NCBI GenBank assembly: GCA_044344255.1
Contig: JBIJDH010000005.1
Span: 160,001 to 224,000 of the forward strand
Direction: 5' to 3'
Length of the DNA: 64,000 bases
DNA from: Myxococcota bacterium
Lineage (GTDB): Bacteria; Myxococcota_A; UBA796; UBA2385
The notes beneath the pieces are model-generated. The model had not been told where the DNA came from. It was given only the letters and a program-made list of their open reading frames with translations, and made no database searches. Made by a program: the position numbers and the translations under genes. Shown in pieces: positions 7,828-17,400 of this stretch (within the stretch, counting starts at the first letter, position 1; every line of letters begins with the position of its first letter).

Positions 7828-8803
7828 GACGATCCTCGTCCTCACGGCCTCGACCCTGGCCGACGCCGGGGTCGAGCGGGTCTGTGAGGCCCTGCGCTCC
7901 ACCGGGCGCCGCGTCATCGAGGTCGACTCCGCGCGCTTCCCGCTCGACACCCAGCTCTCTGTCGACCTCGATCGCGCCACCCTCCACGACGGTGAGACCG
8001 TGGAGCTCGACCACGTGAGCGCGGTCTGGCACCGGCACACCGACGTCGCGGGCGCCCTCGGGGACGCCCTTGACCCCACCTGGCGCGACGCCGTCGTCCG
8101 GCAGTCCGAGCTCGCCCTCGCCGTGCTGGCGGCCGACCTCCCTTGCCTGCACGTCGATCACCCCGACCGCACCGAGGCCGTGCCCGGCTCACCGGGCATC
8201 CTCCGCCTCGGCCGCGCGGCTGGCCTCGATGTGCCTCGCACGTTGGTCTCGAACCACCCGGGTCGGGTCCGGGACTTCGTGCGCGGCTGCGAAGGCGGCG
8301 CGGTGCGGAAGCTCCTGCACAGCTCCTCGGTCATCATCCACACCGAGGCGGGCGACGTCCGGGGCAGCACCGAGGCGGTCTCCCCCGACGATCTGGTCGA
8401 TGACAGATCCATCGCCGCCTGCCCGATGGTGTGGCAGGAGCGGGTCCCGAAGCTGCGCGAGCTGCGGGTGACCGCGGTGGGGCGCCGCCTCTTCGTCGCC
8501 TCGATCGACCCCCGCGCCTCGGTCCAGGGCGCGGTGGACTGGCGCCAGGACCCTGCGCTCGTGCGGGCCTTCGAGGTCGACACGCTCCCCCCAGCGGTGG
8601 AGGCCGCCGTCCACCGGCTGCTCGACCGCCTCCGCCTGAACTTCGCCACCCTCGACATCATCCGCACGCCCGAGGGGCGCCATGTGCTGCTGGAGGTGAA
8701 CACGCTCTCCTTCTTCGCCTTCGTCGAGGACGCGACCGGCCTGCCCATCTCCGCCGAGCTGGCGCGCCTGCTGGCCGGAGAGGTGCCCTCGCGGGCGCCC
8801 TGA
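7820..8803 (+). CDS. ATP-grasp ligase, MvdC/MvdD (graspetide synthetase)-like
   Basis: ARFP, VSAVWHR, GLDVPRTLVSN, QERVPKLRELRVTAVG, VDWR, LDIIRTPEGRHVLLEVN, GLPIS; 327 aa; overlaps the oxygenase stop codon. Confidence 0.85.
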   Translation: MDETILVLTASTLADAGVERVCEALRSTGRRVIEVDSARFPLDTQLSVDLDRATLHDGETVELDHVSAVWHRHTDVAGALGDALDPTWRDAVVRQSELALAVLAADLPCLHVDHPDRTEAVPGSPGILRLGRAAGLDVPRTLVSNHPGRVRDFVRGCEGGAVRKLLHSSSVIIHTEAGDVRGSTEAVSPDDLVDDRSIAACPMVWQERVPKLRELRVTAVGRRLFVASIDPRASVQGAVDWRQDPALVRAFEVDTLPPAVEAAVHRLLDRLRLNFATLDIIRTPEGRHVLLEVNTLSFFAFVEDATGLPISAELARLLAGEVPSRAP

Positions 8804-8861
8804 CTGGGGCCGCGCGGCGGCGCCGGTGGCCGGGGGCTGGGACCGCGAATAGTCCTTCTGC

Positions 8862-9278
8862 ATGACCCGATTGCGGCAGCCTGCCCCCGACTTCGCCTCC
8901 GCAGCGCTTCGGCACCTTCGTGACGCCGATGTCCTGGTGACGACCTCGCCGGTTCAAAGCCTACACCTCGCGGGGTTCGGCCCGGAGTGCGCTCGAAAGG
9001 CGGCTCTGACGAGGGGTTGGGCGACTCGGGCGCTCGGTCACGACGCGGCCCAACCCGAGCTTGTCGCCTGGGCGCTCGATCTGGACGGGGTCGCCGCTCG
9101 AACTGTGGGCACCCCTGCACCCGACCTCGGCTGGCGGCCGGACTGCCGCTATTGGGCCTCCGGCGCTCGAACCGGCGCCGAGGCGCGTGCGATGGTGGAC
9201 CGGTGCGCCGCGGACGCTATGCCCATCCTCGTCCGCCTCTGGGCCCAAGGGCGGTGGGCGGGAGATAACGAGTCATGA
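8862..9278 (+). CDS. HEPN-like domain protein
   Basis: 138 aa, helical. DFASAALRHLRDADVL, HLAGFGPECARKA, LGH and WRPDCRY follow the HEPN helix pattern (A..L / E...KA / H / RY). Confidence 0.65.
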   Translation: MTRLRQPAPDFASAALRHLRDADVLVTTSPVQSLHLAGFGPECARKAALTRGWATRALGHDAAQPELVAWALDLDGVAARTVGTPAPDLGWRPDCRYWASGARTGAEARAMVDRCAADAMPILVRLWAQGRWAGDNES

Positions 9279-10591
9279 CGCTTGATTATCAAGATGTCGT
9301 GCCGGAGGTGCTGCGCGTCTTCGTGGAAAGTCGGGCCTGGGGGGCGGGGGTTCGAGCCCTCATCGTGCGCACCCTGCACGGAGCGGTCCGGCTTGTGCTT
9401 GACGCTGACCATACACAGCCCGAGCACATCAGCGAGCTTGAACAGTCCCTGGTGACAGCGCTCGGACCGTGGTTTCGGGGCCCCGTGATCGCGCCGAACA
9501 TCGTCCCGGAGGGCCTGCGACGGATCGCTCGCGAGCTTTGGAGAGGAGCCGAGGAAACCGCTCGACAAAAGCCGGATTGGGCGGATCGCTGGCCGACCGG
9601 CTGGCCTGCGGAGGTCCCTGGCGCCCTCCCTGGTTCGCCGGCCATCGCGCTGGGCGGGCGAGTGGAGGCCCGTCAGGAGGCCCTGGGCAAGGAGCCCTGG
9701 GTGGCCCCGGAGCTCGGGCATGCGCCCTGGCCGATGGCGCCCCGGACCCCGCGCATCACGGCCTTTCACGGGTTCAAGGGTGGTGCAGGCCGCACCACCG
9801 CCCTGGGGATGCTGGCGTGGCTTGTGGCCGCGCGACGCGAGCGGGTTGTGTGTGTCGATCTCGACCTGGAGGCACCGGGGCTGTCCTATTTTCTCCCGGG
9901 AGATCAGCCGGTCCAGCGGGGCGTTATTGACTTTCTGCTCTCCCACGCGGCAACTGGGCAGGGGGGGGCACTTCCTGTGCAGGCGGTGCAGATTCTTGGT
10001 CAAGAGCTCCACGTCGTGGCGGCTGGAGTGGTAGACGACCTGTATGTAGAGAAGCTCAGTCGCCTGGATACGCTCCACGGCGACACCAGCCGGAGTCCTG
10101 TCCATCTCGCCCTGAATGAGCTCTTGGAGCGCATCAAAAGGGACATCAAGCCGCAGCACATCTTCCTCGATTGCCGAGCCGGTTTGCATGACTTGGCCGG
10201 CCTCGCGCTGAACGATCTGGCTCACGTCAACGTGTTTGTGGGTCGTGGTGGGGTTCAGGAGATGGGCGGCCTCTACGCCTTGTTGCGTCGACATACGAGT
10301 CGCAGGGCGTCGGACGATCAGCTCCTCTTATTCCTGCGTACCTTTCATCCGCTTCCAATCGAGCCGGACCGCCTCGACCGGCAGCGGCAGGCGCTCTTTG
10401 AGCTTTGCACAGAAGTGATCAAGCCCTATCTCCCGCAATATTCGGACCAGGGAGCGGCGCACGATCCTGCTCCCCTGGGCTACCACGACGAGGTCACTCG
10501 AGCGGACCACTTGGGGAAGATCCCGATGCTGGCCATTCAGCACCCTCTCGTGGTAGAGGCCCTGGCCCGGCTGGAGGCGCTTTGGACATGA
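9275..10591 (+). CDS. ParA/MinD-like ATPase with variant Walker A (KGGAGRTT) and N-terminal extension
   Basis: FHGFKGGAGRTT, VDLDLEAPGL, GVIDFL, FLDCRAG. ATGA overlaps at both ends. Confidence 0.85.
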   Translation: MTLDYQDVVPEVLRVFVESRAWGAGVRALIVRTLHGAVRLVLDADHTQPEHISELEQSLVTALGPWFRGPVIAPNIVPEGLRRIARELWRGAEETARQKPDWADRWPTGWPAEVPGALPGSPAIALGGRVEARQEALGKEPWVAPELGHAPWPMAPRTPRITAFHGFKGGAGRTTALGMLAWLVAARRERVVCVDLDLEAPGLSYFLPGDQPVQRGVIDFLLSHAATGQGGALPVQAVQILGQELHVVAAGVVDDLYVEKLSRLDTLHGDTSRSPVHLALNELLERIKRDIKPQHIFLDCRAGLHDLAGLALNDLAHVNVFVGRGGVQEMGGLYALLRRHTSRRASDDQLLLFLRTFHPLPIEPDRLDRQRQALFELCTEVIKPYLPQYSDQGAAHDPAPLGYHDEVTRADHLGKIPMLAIQHPLVVEALARLEALWT

Positions 10592-12195
10592 ACACGGACC
10601 TGAGTTCGGTCGAGCGACGGAGACTCCAGGGCCTGTTGGTGGATGCGCTCGCGCCAGAACATCCACAGGTCCCGGATTCGAGCATTATCGCGTCTTTCCT
10701 CCCCCTCCGTGTACACGAGACTATGTTGAATGGGCGGCGCTTCCTTGTGGAGGGTGAGCGGGGTGCTGGTAAGACGGCGCTCTTTCGCTTCATGCGAGCC
10801 TTGACACCGACCGTGTTGCCGATTGTCTTCCCGCAGGCGCCGCCGGGGCTCCGCTGGGTGACCGGCTTCGAAGACTCCAGGGCCTTTCCCAACCCGCAGG
10901 CGCTCTACGATTGGGCTGAGCGCGCTTCACCGCAGGTGATGGAGCGCGCCTGGTTCGCGCTCTTGGTGGAGACGCTGGCTCGGCACCTGCCCGACACGCC
11001 GCTCCCACCGTCAGTCGCCGACGCGCTGCGGCCGTTGAAGGAAAATCCCTCCGACGTGGCGAGGTGGGTGCTCTCGTTCGAGCCGGTGGCCGGCCTATCG
11101 ATGGCGTGGATGGACACCCTCGAGGTTTACCTCGGAGCGAGCAGCTCGACGATCATCATCGCGTATGATGATCTTGACATGATCTCGCGGGCCGCGGACC
11201 TTCGCACCGCGGGTCGGCTGTGTGGAGCGCTCACCGGGACCTGGATCACGCTGTCTCGGCGGCTCCAACGGGTACAGGCCCGGATCTTCATTCGGCCCGA
11301 TCTGGCCGATCTCACCCGCTCTGCCGCGACAGACGCGAGCAAGTTGCGGGACAGCTCAGTCACCCTCCGTTGGTCAGGGGAAGACGTGTTCCGTGCCCTG
11401 CTCCGGCGGGTGGGGAGCCAGAAGGCCCTGCGGGACTGGCTCCGAAAGGCCCCCGCGGCGGTGGATTTCAGCCGTCGCCCGACGCTGGGATGGATGCCCC
11501 CGAGCGTCCTCCCATCGGTACCCACACAGCTTTCCCTCGGTTTTGCAGCGTCGCCGGAGGGCTTGTCCGAGAGCAGCCAGCGGGCTTTTGCCGAGCGCCT
11601 CCTTGGCGCCACCATGGGGAGCGGCTCCAATAAGGGCTACACCCACACCTGGATCCTGAATCACTCCGCCGATGCGCGGGGCACCGCGCTTCCGCGCGTC
11701 ACCTTCAACCTGATTCGAAAGGCGGCTGAGCTTGCGATGGTCAGGGGTGAGGGGATCCACGGCCTTCACTTGATCGGTACCGCGCAGCTGGAGGGGGCGC
11801 AAGCGGAGGCGGGGAGACAGCGCCTTGATGAGCTGAAGGAGTTCCACCCGGTCGTTCGGCGGCTCGAAGCCCTTCGGGGCGAGTCGCTCCCGAAGCCGTT
11901 TGGAGAGGCGGCCGCTCTCCTCGGCCGTCATCCTGTGGAGGAGGATGCGCTCGGTACGGACGGGGAGGCCGTGATCCGGGCCCTGATGGGGATCGGTGTC
12001 CTGGTACGTCGGCCACCGTCCCGGCGCCGCCCCGGCTCCGTGCCGTCGAGTGACCCCGCCTCGGAGGAACAGCGGATCGATCTCCCCGACCTCTTTCGGA
12101 AGGCCCTCGACTGTGGGCGGAAGGGCGGGCCCTTGCAGCTCTCTCGACCGGAGTCGACGCACGGGGGGCGCGACCGAGGGCCCGGCGCCGGATAA
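10588..12195 (+). CDS. P-loop ATPase (STAND/KAP-like) of unknown function
   Basis: ATG 10588 overlaps the previous stop codon. Walker A VEGERGAGKT, Walker B IIIAYDDLD, RIFIRPD, LRWS, WILNHSAD....PR. Confidence 0.8.
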   Translation: MNTDLSSVERRRLQGLLVDALAPEHPQVPDSSIIASFLPLRVHETMLNGRRFLVEGERGAGKTALFRFMRALTPTVLPIVFPQAPPGLRWVTGFEDSRAFPNPQALYDWAERASPQVMERAWFALLVETLARHLPDTPLPPSVADALRPLKENPSDVARWVLSFEPVAGLSMAWMDTLEVYLGASSSTIIIAYDDLDMISRAADLRTAGRLCGALTGTWITLSRRLQRVQARIFIRPDLADLTRSAATDASKLRDSSVTLRWSGEDVFRALLRRVGSQKALRDWLRKAPAAVDFSRRPTLGWMPPSVLPSVPTQLSLGFAASPEGLSESSQRAFAERLLGATMGSGSNKGYTHTWILNHSADARGTALPRVTFNLIRKAAELAMVRGEGIHGLHLIGTAQLEGAQAEAGRQRLDELKEFHPVVRRLEALRGESLPKPFGEAAALLGRHPVEEDALGTDGEAVIRALMGIGVLVRRPPSRRRPGSVPSSDPASEEQRIDLPDLFRKALDCGRKGGPLQLSRPESTHGGRDRGPGAG

Positions 12196-12216
12196 CGAGA
12201 CCGTCGGAGGTCGCCC

Positions 12217-14394
12217 TTGCCCCACACGACCCTGCTCCTGTCCCTCCTCCTCGCCTGTGGGTCGGGCAAGGTCGGCCGAGATGAGGCCGACGGGGCCGAC
12301 GGCGCGGATGGCGCCGACGGTGCCGACGGTGCCGACGGGGCCGTGGGAGACAGCGGCCTCAGCGGAGACAGCGGCTCGGCGGATGGCTGTCCGACCCTCA
12401 CCCTCGCCGTCGCGCCCCGGCCGGCTCAGCTCGAGGGCGTGATGGCGGAGTGGGCGGTCGAGGCCGACGCTGTCGACGGCGAGCGCATCACGGTCGAGGT
12501 GGCGGCCGACTCCGCTGGCGACGGGGTGTCTGTCGCGGGCACCCTCGCGGCCACGGTCGAGGCCGGAGTGGCCACATTCTCTGAGGTGGAGCTGGTCGGG
12601 ACCGGTGAGGTCACCCTCCACCTGCGCGCGGCGGACTGTGAGCCCGGGCTCGCGGTGGGGCCGCTCGTGGTGGGCTCCTCGATGCGCTTCGAGCCGGTCT
12701 ACCTGCCCGGCGGGCGGGTGGGCTCCGGGTACTTCGAGCTTCGAGGCTGGGACGCGGTCGAGGCCGGCGCCCTGCCGCCGGGCCTCGACTGGGCCGCCGG
12801 CGCGCTCAGCGGCCTCCCAGAGGCCACGGGGGCCTATTCATTCGAGGCGGCGGCCTCGGAGGGGAGCGCGGTTATTCGGTACGGGGTCCAGCTCCCGGTC
12901 TTCCCGAGCGACGACGCCCTGTCCTCCGCCCCGGCCGACCTGTCCCTGCCCGGCCCCTACGACGCGGACAGCGTGGAGCTGAGCATCCCGAGCGTCTCGA
13001 CCAGCCGCGGCACGCTCTCGGGGGTCGCGGTTCGCGTCGCCTATCCCACAGACCCCGACGGGGCGATGGCGGAGGGCCCCTTCCCGCTCATCGTCTTTCA
13101 CCACGCCGCCCACAGCCCGTCGCAGATCTACGATGATTATACGGAGCTGCACGGCCACTGGGCGACCCACGGCTACGTGGTGGCGAGCGTCGATGGGAGC
13201 GCGCTCGTGTCCTCCTCCCAGAGCTGGGACAACCTGAGCGACATGAGCGCGGTCCAGCTCGCGGGGCGGGAGCTGTTGCTCGCCGAGAGCGCCGACGAGA
13301 CGACCGCCTTCGCCGGGCGGATCGATCCCGACCGGGTCTTTGTGGCCGGTCACTCCCGCGGGGGTGGCGCCAGCCTGATCTCGCTCTGGCGAGAGCCCGC
13401 GCTGGCCGGGGCCCTCTGCTTCGCCCAGGTGAGCCCGCTGCAGACGCCCGATCCCGACTGGGGAGACCCCGAGGAGAACGGCGACCGGCCCTTCCCGGAG
13501 CGCCCCCTCCTGTTCCTCGCCGCCGGGGACGACCTGGACGAGCCCTGGCCCCTCCCGCACTCGGCCTATGACCAGAACAGCGGCCCCACCGTATTTGTCG
13601 TCGAGCATGGCACCAACCACGAGTGGGCCTATGATGAGGGCACCCCCGGCTGGACCACGAGTGACTCCGACATCTCCTGGGGTGAGCGACACGCCCTCGA
13701 TCAAGCCTGGTCTACCGCCTTCCTCGAGCGCTTCGCGCGGGGCGATCTCGATTACGAGGCCTCCCTCTTCGGCGCCCCGGCCCTGAGCTCGACCCTGAGT
13801 GACCGCGGGGTGAGCACGAGCGGCCGTCGTTACCTCGACAGTGAGCTGCTCGTCGATGACTTCAGCGGGGAGACTGGAGAGGACCTCCTCGGCGGTGTCG
13901 TGGAGGGCGGCGGCCTCGACACGAACGAGAACGCGCCACCCTATACAGACGGGCTCGTCGCCGCCGGCCGGGGGAGCACGCAGGTCGAGCGGATCGCCGA
14001 TTGGACCCCCGCCCGTCGCCTCGGCTGGGGGGAGGAGGAGGCGAGCCTGCGCTTCAGCCTGTCCCCGGAAGGGGGGGGCATCGACCTCCGGGAGCAGCGT
14101 GCGCTGCACCTCCGCCTGTCGGCACCCTGCGCGCCGCCTCCCGGGGACTGTGAGGAGGTAGAGCCGTCCTTGTCGGTCACCCTCATCGACGCCGACGGCG
14201 CCGAGCTCTCCGTAGAGGCGGAAGAGGGGATGGGCGCGCTGGGCGTCGTCGGTCGGCACTGGGGGCAGGTCGTCCTCCCCCTCGACAGCTTCCTGCCGGT
14301 TGACCTCTCGCGGGTGGTGGCGATCGAGCTCCGCTTCGCGGCGGCCGCCCCTCCGAATGACGAGCTGTGGGTGGACGACCCCCGCCTCGAATGA
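12217..14394 (+). CDS. Lipoprotein with Ig-like domains and an alpha/beta-hydrolase (chlorophyllase/PAF-AH-like) domain
   Basis: Lipobox LLAC; GALPPGL Ig-like segment; GPFPLIVFHH, WATHGYVVAS, nucleophile elbow GHSRG; beta-rich C-terminal domain. Confidence 0.75.
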   Translation: MPHTTLLLSLLLACGSGKVGRDEADGADGADGADGADGADGAVGDSGLSGDSGSADGCPTLTLAVAPRPAQLEGVMAEWAVEADAVDGERITVEVAADSAGDGVSVAGTLAATVEAGVATFSEVELVGTGEVTLHLRAADCEPGLAVGPLVVGSSMRFEPVYLPGGRVGSGYFELRGWDAVEAGALPPGLDWAAGALSGLPEATGAYSFEAAASEGSAVIRYGVQLPVFPSDDALSSAPADLSLPGPYDADSVELSIPSVSTSRGTLSGVAVRVAYPTDPDGAMAEGPFPLIVFHHAAHSPSQIYDDYTELHGHWATHGYVVASVDGSALVSSSQSWDNLSDMSAVQLAGRELLLAESADETTAFAGRIDPDRVFVAGHSRGGGASLISLWREPALAGALCFAQVSPLQTPDPDWGDPEENGDRPFPERPLLFLAAGDDLDEPWPLPHSAYDQNSGPTVFVVEHGTNHEWAYDEGTPGWTTSDSDISWGERHALDQAWSTAFLERFARGDLDYEASLFGAPALSSTLSDRGVSTSGRRYLDSELLVDDFSGETGEDLLGGVVEGGGLDTNENAPPYTDGLVAAGRGSTQVERIADWTPARRLGWGEEEASLRFSLSPEGGGIDLREQRALHLRLSAPCAPPPGDCEEVEPSLSVTLIDADGAELSVEAEEGMGALGVVGRHWGQVVLPLDSFLPVDLSRVVAIELRFAAAAPPNDELWVDDPRLE
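12286..12342 (+). repeat. 9-bp tandem repeat encoding (Ala-Asp-Gly)6 linker
   Basis: GCSGAYGGN x6 following the lipobox. Confidence 0.85.
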
Positions 14395-14402
14395 GCGGTT
14401 GC

Positions 14403-17400
14403 CTATCGGTGGGGGTTGGCGCCCGTCCAGCCCGGAACCAGGACACGCGACAGGCGGAGCGGGTCTATCACCCCCTCCCGCGCCATCCAGGCCCGGCCCA
14501 CGGGGTTCGGCTGACCGAGGTGGTCGAGGGTGATCCGCGCGGCGGCGGCGTGTAAGGCCATGTCGGCCTCATCGAAGGCGCGCACCGCGCTGTCGAGCAG
14601 GCGGAGGCCCTCGTCGGCTCGGCCAGACAGGAAGGAGAGGGCGCCCTGGATGGAGAGCGAGAGGTTGGGGCCCCAGGGGAGATCTTCCGCGGCGAGGCCG
14701 CGGGCGTCACGCTGGATCGCCTTCCGGAGCGTCTCTGCCTCCGTCCCCCGGACGGTACCGGCGTCGAGGCGGGTCAGCGCGACGCGGGCTCGGAGGTGGG
14801 TGGCCTCGATGCGCACCATCTGCAATCGCAGCATCTGGGCGTTCTTCATGCGCGGCCAGGCCTGGCTCAAGCGGTCCCAGGCGGCCTCTGGCTGTCCGAG
14901 GTAGAGGTCGAGGTGCACGCGGGCGATGAGGTGCATGTAATGCTGCGTGTGGAAGCCCGACTCGCCGCTCCACAGGCTGATGGCGTCGTCGGCCTGGCGG
15001 CGGGCCTGTCCGGGCTGGTCGAGCGCCAGCCAGGCGAGGTTGGGGAGGCCCGTGGACAGAGAGGCCGCGCCGAGCATGTTCCCGCGCTCGCGTGCCTCTT
15101 CGAGCAGGGCCGGGAGCCGCTGCCGCATGTGGCTGAGCTCCCCCAGATAGGCGGTGGACCACATGCCGAAGATGTGGGCGTTGGTGAGCTCCCAGGTCAT
15201 CCCGGGGCGGTGGGCGCGGAGCAGCGCCTCGGCCGCCGCGGCGCTGTCGCGGGCCTCTCGGAAGCGTGCGGAGAAGAAGGTGCTGGCGCTCGTGCAGATG
15301 AGGGTGATCGCTGCTTCGGCGGGATCGGCCGTGGCCGCGGTGATGCGGCGGGCGGCCTCGAGCGCCTCGGCGGCGCGGCGGCGGTTGGGGGCGCCTCCCT
15401 CGCTCGAGATGAAGGCGGCCTCTGTCCCGAGGGCGCGGGCGACCCGCGTGGGCTCGCCGCAGTCCAGGGCGAGCTGAGTGTATCGGCACTGGAAGACCGC
15501 CGAGCGGACAGAGTCCACCCAGCAGAGGCCGACCGCGGTGGCCCAGCAGGCGTCCACCCGCTGGAGGGTGGCGGGCTCGAGGTCCTCCGCCCGCCGCTCG
15601 CGGTAGCCGAGCCCGCGGAAGCGCAGCCGCAGCCGTTGGAGCACGAGGGCGGCCAGGGCGGCGGTGGGATTTCCGGGGAGGGAGAGATCCATCCCCTGGA
15701 GCACGCTCTCGAGGGTGCGCAGGCCCTCCTCGAGGTGCCCGCTCCGGAGCCAGTGTTCGGCCGCCTGTCGCTGGAGCTCGGCCCGGCGCGGATCATTCGG
15801 GGCCTGTCGGGAGAGGTCTCTGGCGGCCTCTGAGAAGGCGACGGCGGCCTCTCCGCCGAGCCCAGAGGCGGCCAAGGCCTCTGCCCTGCGACGGAGGAAG
15901 TGCCAGCGGGCAGCCCCCTCCGGCAGCAAGCGGAGCACGAGCTGGAACTGCTCGGCGGCGAGGTGGAAGGCGAAGGTCGACATCGCCTGCTCCGCTGCGA
16001 CCTCGGCCTGGGCCTGGGCCAGCTCGGTCTGTCCGCTCTCGAGGTAGTGACCGATCAGGTGGCGCGGATCGGCGCCCTCCAGGGTGACGAGGGAGCGGGC
16101 GAGCTCGGCGTGGAGGGCCTGGAGCGCCGGCGTGTCGAGGCTGGCGAGCACAGCCTCGCGGACCGCGTTCTGGAAGAGGTCGAGGCGGGCCTGGCCGCCC
16201 GAGATGACCCGCCGGAGCAGGTGCGCGGAGAAGAGCTGGGCGGTGACACGGGGGGCCTGGTCGCCCACCCGGGCGGCGGCGGTCGCGGCGGCGGCGTCGA
16301 GCGGGCGGCCCGCGACCACCACCACCTCGAGCAGGCGTCGGGCGGGGGCGGGCAGCGCGGCGACTCGGGCCCGAAGCAGGTCTTGGAGGGAGGGCGGCGG
16401 CCCGCCGGCGCGGGCCCGGAACGAGCGGGTGAGCTCGGCGGTGAGCAGCGGCGAGCCAGCGCCCTCGGCGACGAGGGTGGAGATGGGCACGGGCGCCTCT
16501 CCCTCGTCGGAGAGCAGGCGGTCGACCAGCACGCGGGCCTCGTCGTTGGAGAGCCGGCCGAGCTCGATTCGAACCTGGGGCGCCTCGGGCATCCCGGGGG
16601 CGTCGGGCTGGAGGGCGCCGATGAGCGCGCCCTCGGCCCGGTCTTCGGTCCGGTACGAGAGGACGATGAGGACCGGCGGCGCGTCCGGCGGGCGGATCAG
16701 CTCGCGGAGGGCGAAGGCGCTGTCGAGGTCGCCCCACTGGAGGTCGTCGATCCAGAGCACGATCGGGCGGTCGCGGCCGAGGGCGCCGAGGAGCTCGCGG
16801 AGGGCCTGGAAGGCGCGGCGCCGCTGCTCTGTGGGCCCGCCGTGCCGGTGTTCGTCGCTGTGCCAGGGGATGTCGGGGACGCCGGTGAGCACGGGGAAGA
16901 GGCGGACCAGCCCCGGGGCGGAGGGCGGCACCGTGCGCGTGCGCAACAGGGGCGACATCTGGAGGAGGTGGCGGCTGATCCCGTCGATGAGCGCGTCGAG
17001 GGCCTGGAAGGGGACGTGCTCGGCGGGGTGGCAGCGGCTCGTGAAGGAGAAGGCCGTGCCGGCCTGCCGCAGCTCGTCGAGGAAGTGCTCCACCAGGGCA
17101 GACTTGCCCATGCCCGCGGCGCCGCTGAGCTGCACGAGCCCTGCGCCGTCACGACGGACGGCGCCGAAGGCCTCGTGGAGGCGGGCGAGGGGCTCGGCTC
17201 GTCCGACAAAGATGGGCTCGCCGAAGGTGGGGGCGGCGGCGAGGTCGGGGCTGCGGGAGACCCCGAGGGCGGCGCGGATGCCGATGGCGTCCGGACGGCG
17301 GCTGGGATCGGGGTCGAGGAGGGCCCACACGAGCTGCTCGAGCTCCGGGGGGACCTCCGGGGCGACCTGTCGGAGGGGGACGAGGTCGCGGGCGTCCTTC

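Noticed and set aside
9275..10591. Plasmid or chromosome partition locus
   Set aside because: No parB, parS-like palindrome or rep gene; variant Walker A and coupling to other ATPase/HEPN-like genes argue otherwise.
12286..12342. (ADG)6 repeat as a collagen or contingency locus
   Set aside because: Short, in-frame and synonymous-variable; it looks like an ordinary flexible lipoprotein linker.
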